In this document: one piece after another, positions 61,269 to 64,000 of the stretch | How the letters are laid out: every line of letters begins with the position of its first letter | How positions within the stretch are numbered: the first letter of the stretch is position 1 | From: Amoebidium appalachense | Taxonomy: Eukaryota > Protista > Ichthyosporea | NCBI GenBank assembly: GCA_963693365.1 | Contig: CAVNZM010000006.1 | Coordinates: forward strand, 6,365,264 to 6,429,263 | Direction: 5' to 3' | DNA: 64,000 nucleotides | Made by a program: the position numbers and the translations under genes | The notes under the pieces: model-generated | What the model was told of the DNA's origin: nothing | Databases searched by the model: none | What the model saw: only the letters and a program-made list of their open reading frames with translations

Positions 61269-62568
61269 GGGCAGGGGGAGGGGATGAGAGGCTTCGAGAA
61301 CTTCTCAAGGGGAGAGGAGGACGGGAGGAGGCGGTGGTGGGGAGGGGGGTGGGGGGGGGGGGGGAGGAGGGAGAGGGGAAGGTGGGGGGGGGGGGGGGGG
61401 GAAAGAGGGGGGGATTGATCGTTTTTTTCAATACCCATAACAGGAGGTCAGCACCTCGTTGGCAAGCCGACGTTTTCGGATAGTCCCGGATCGAGGGGAA
61501 CAAATGAGCGGAAGGGGAGACCGGGGGAGGAGGGGAGGGTGGTGGTGGTGGTGGGGGGGGGGTCGGGGGAGGAGAGGGAGGGTGGGGAAGAGAGGGAGGG
61601 GAGTACGTGCTATAGCCAGGCCCAAAAGGGAGGTGGGAAAGGGACTCGAAGGGGGAAGGGGGGATGGGGGGGGGGGGGGGGGGGGAGATCTGTCACTGTG
61701 TTTGGAGACAGCGTTTCTTAAAAAAAGGGGGGGTTGCAGATCATTGGGGGGGGGGGGGGGGGGGGGGGGGGAGGGGGGGGGGGGGGGGGGAGGGGGGGAG
61801 GGGGGGAGGGGGGGGAGGGGGGGGGGGGGGGGGGGGAAGGCGCTAGGGTGGGGGGGGGGGGTGGGGGGTGGGGGGAGGGGGGACAATGAGTTTCTAGGCC
61901 CCGGAGGAATTAGGTGGGATACAGTGACGAGGGGTCGGATAGAATTTTCCCCCTGGCCAATACTAAAACGTCATTGATCCCGGTTTAGAATTAATTTTCA
62001 CACCAATATTCCTACTTTCTTGATAGTCATAAAATTTTAACTGTATACATAGTCCGTTTTAAACAAGTTGCCCATGAAAAGCGGCCAGGAACACATACAA
62101 TGTTGATCCGCTTACTATAGCACACATGCTTTAAAGGGAAACCAAACTAACTAGCTTAAAGGCGGCAAAAAAAGGCAAACTCGACCTAATTACATGTACA
62201 GTATGGAGACTTAGCAAAGATAATAGAAGCAGGCCCGAAAGGGGGGCAAGGGGGGAGGGGGGAAGGAGGGGACGGGGGGGACGGGGGTGGGGAGGTGGAA
62301 AGGAAAGGATGGGAGGGGGGAAAGGAAGGGGTTAAGGAAGGGAAAGGGGGCGGGGAGGGGAGGGGAGGGGAACAGTGTAGGAAATATGGTGGGAAGGAAA
62401 GGAAGGGGGGAGTTTGAGGGGGGGGGGGGGGGGGGGGGGAAGGAGGGGGGAGGGGAGGGGGGAGGGGGGGTAGTAGGGCCAATCAGATGGTTTCGATGCT
62501 TGCCCTGGTAGACATTACAAAATTTCTCTAAATGACACATTATTTATTAGGGTGTGTTGTACTTATGT

Positions 62569-62628
<60 letters not shown>

Positions 62629-63137
62629 CTCCGTGATGCAAATAACGAAAGTCCGGGTGAACCAGCTAAGAAAATAAGGTGATGATGGGGGGGAATGGAC
62701 GTGTAATTGTGTGGTGAAGGGGTTGTTGAGGCGAAGTCATCACCCGGGTTGTTTTGGTATGTGTTTTGGTTTATATCAAACCAAATATAGAAATCGATTG
62801 GTTACCCTACATACATGGCACACAGTGCTACACTCTTTAAAAGTCACGTTCTTCTGAATCAATCCGTTAAAGCTAACAGTATAAAAAGATAGATGTTCCA
62901 TTAGTCTACAACTTTACAAAAAAATTCTCAAAGCACCCCTGATGGCGACTTTGTCGTTCTCTCCCAAGTCTTTAGGGCGCTTTAAAGAGTGCCTCCCACA
63001 TGTATGTACAAACATTTCTGCCATCAACTGTTTTTCAACCTTTATAAACCGTTTGAATCATCCAATAACACTAACACACTGGCTATACATGAAACAAAAC
63101 ACACCGAATCATGTAACTTTTCGATAACAATCACCAC

Positions 63138-64000
63138 CTACATGCGTGCTTTGTGCATGTCAATCGAGCTAGCAGCGGGCATGATGTGAACGTTTGAAGT
63201 CCCAAACACCGGCTGGCTGACGGCCTCCTCCTTCTCCGCCTGTCTCTGCTTGCGCCTCCACATAACAAGACCCAAAACCGCACAGCACGACAAGCAGCAC
63301 ACAGCCAAAACCACCGAAACAATAACAGCAACAATCATAGCCGTGTTCGAGCTGGAGCCACTTCCTGGCTGAGAGGCCGGGGCAAGGTCCACGGCGGTGT
63401 ATTTGGCACCGAAGCCGCTCGTGGTTTGGAGTTCGCCCGAGTCACGACGCACGTACTGGGCCTCACGACGACGGCGGCGGGCGGTGGTGTCAAGATAGTC
63501 AACGAGAACGGTCCACGTCAGAGTAACATTGTTGGTGGTGGTGGTGGCTGCAGCACAGGTCAGAGCGGCGGTGACGGGGATGGGCATCTGAATCTCGTTG
63601 GGTTGAACGGTGTTTACGAACGCCTGCGTGAGCGTGGAAATGTCCGAGTAGGGGTCTGCGTACGGGGTGCAATCGCCGTCCGATGTGCGGACGAAGCCGG
63701 TGACGTCGGCGTCGGCGAGCGCAACACCGGTGGAGTTGGTCCAAAGGCGGATAGACCAGTAGGAGGTGGCACCGAGGTCGAAGATGGATGTGTCGCGGGC
63801 GGCGGCGTAGGTGTTGTCTTGACGAAGAACAACGTCGAGCGTGAACAGAGCGGAGAGGTTGAACTCGGTCACATTACAGAAGTTGTTTGTGCTGATGAAG
63901 AAGGGAATGTCGAACGTGTTCTGTGCGAGGGTTGGGCAGGTTCCGGCCGCGGTGCTGCTGGCCTGGCAAGCAATGGGGAGACTCTTGGCGACATACTCAC
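63138..64000 (-). CDS. 3' portion of a type-I membrane protein (Thr-rich beta ectodomain, RRRRR site, TM helix, short tail); 5' end lies outside the window
   Basis: The frame is open from the window edge (EYVAKSLPIACQ...NFCNVTEFNLS) to the stop at 63138. It has several N-x-S/T sequons, TM AMIVAVIVSVVLAVCCLSCCAVLGLVMW followed by RRK, and GC3-rich codon usage. Confidence 0.85.
   Translation of the reverse strand, partial: EYVAKSLPIACQASSTAAGTCPTLAQNTFDIPFFISTNNFCNVTEFNLSALFTLDVVLRQDNTYAAARDTSIFDLGATSYWSIRLWTNSTGVALADADVTGFVRTSDGDCTPYADPYSDISTLTQAFVNTVQPNEIQMPIPVTAALTCAAATTTTNNVTLTWTVLVDYLDTTARRRRREAQYVRRDSGELQTTSGFGAKYTAVDLAPASQPGSGSSSNTAMIVAVIVSVVLAVCCLSCCAVLGLVMWRRKQRQAEKEEAVSQPVFGTSNVHIMPAASSIDMHKARM

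Overview
Eukaryotic genomic DNA, probably from a unicellular opisthokont/holozoan-like protist (inferred from gene content only). It is intron-rich, with introns and intergenic DNA full of poly-G/poly-C runs and (CA)n/(GT)n, (CT)n and (TGTGAG)n repeats. Most of the supplied ORF track (poly-HT, CV, P and G ORFs) is an artefact of these repeats. Genes reconstructed by hand from GT-AG exons: a class-3 (DAG-lipase-like) lipase (-), a CPTP/ACD11-type ceramide-1-phosphate transfer protein (-), a divergently transcribed kinesin-14 (+), a large secreted PA14/vWD/EGF/SdrD-B mosaic protein (+), a small His-rich beta-repeat protein (-), and the 3' part of a single-pass membrane protein with a polybasic cleavage site (-). 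Mobile elements: a 5'-truncated APE-RT non-LTR retrotransposon, a 718-bp TIR element with a 9-bp TSD, and a very young full-length chromodomain Ty3/Gypsy element (610-bp LTRs, GCCCC TSD) inserted inside a coding exon of the secreted-protein gene. The most notable observations are these. Many introns have G/GT-rich 5' halves and complementary C/CA-rich 3' halves, with (CA)n running straight into the acceptor CAG. Exon/intron junctions are repeatedly echoed by decayed tandem copies. The Gypsy gag-pol junction looks like a UAG-readthrough type. All coordinates were read by eye, and homopolymer-related assembly errors are likely.
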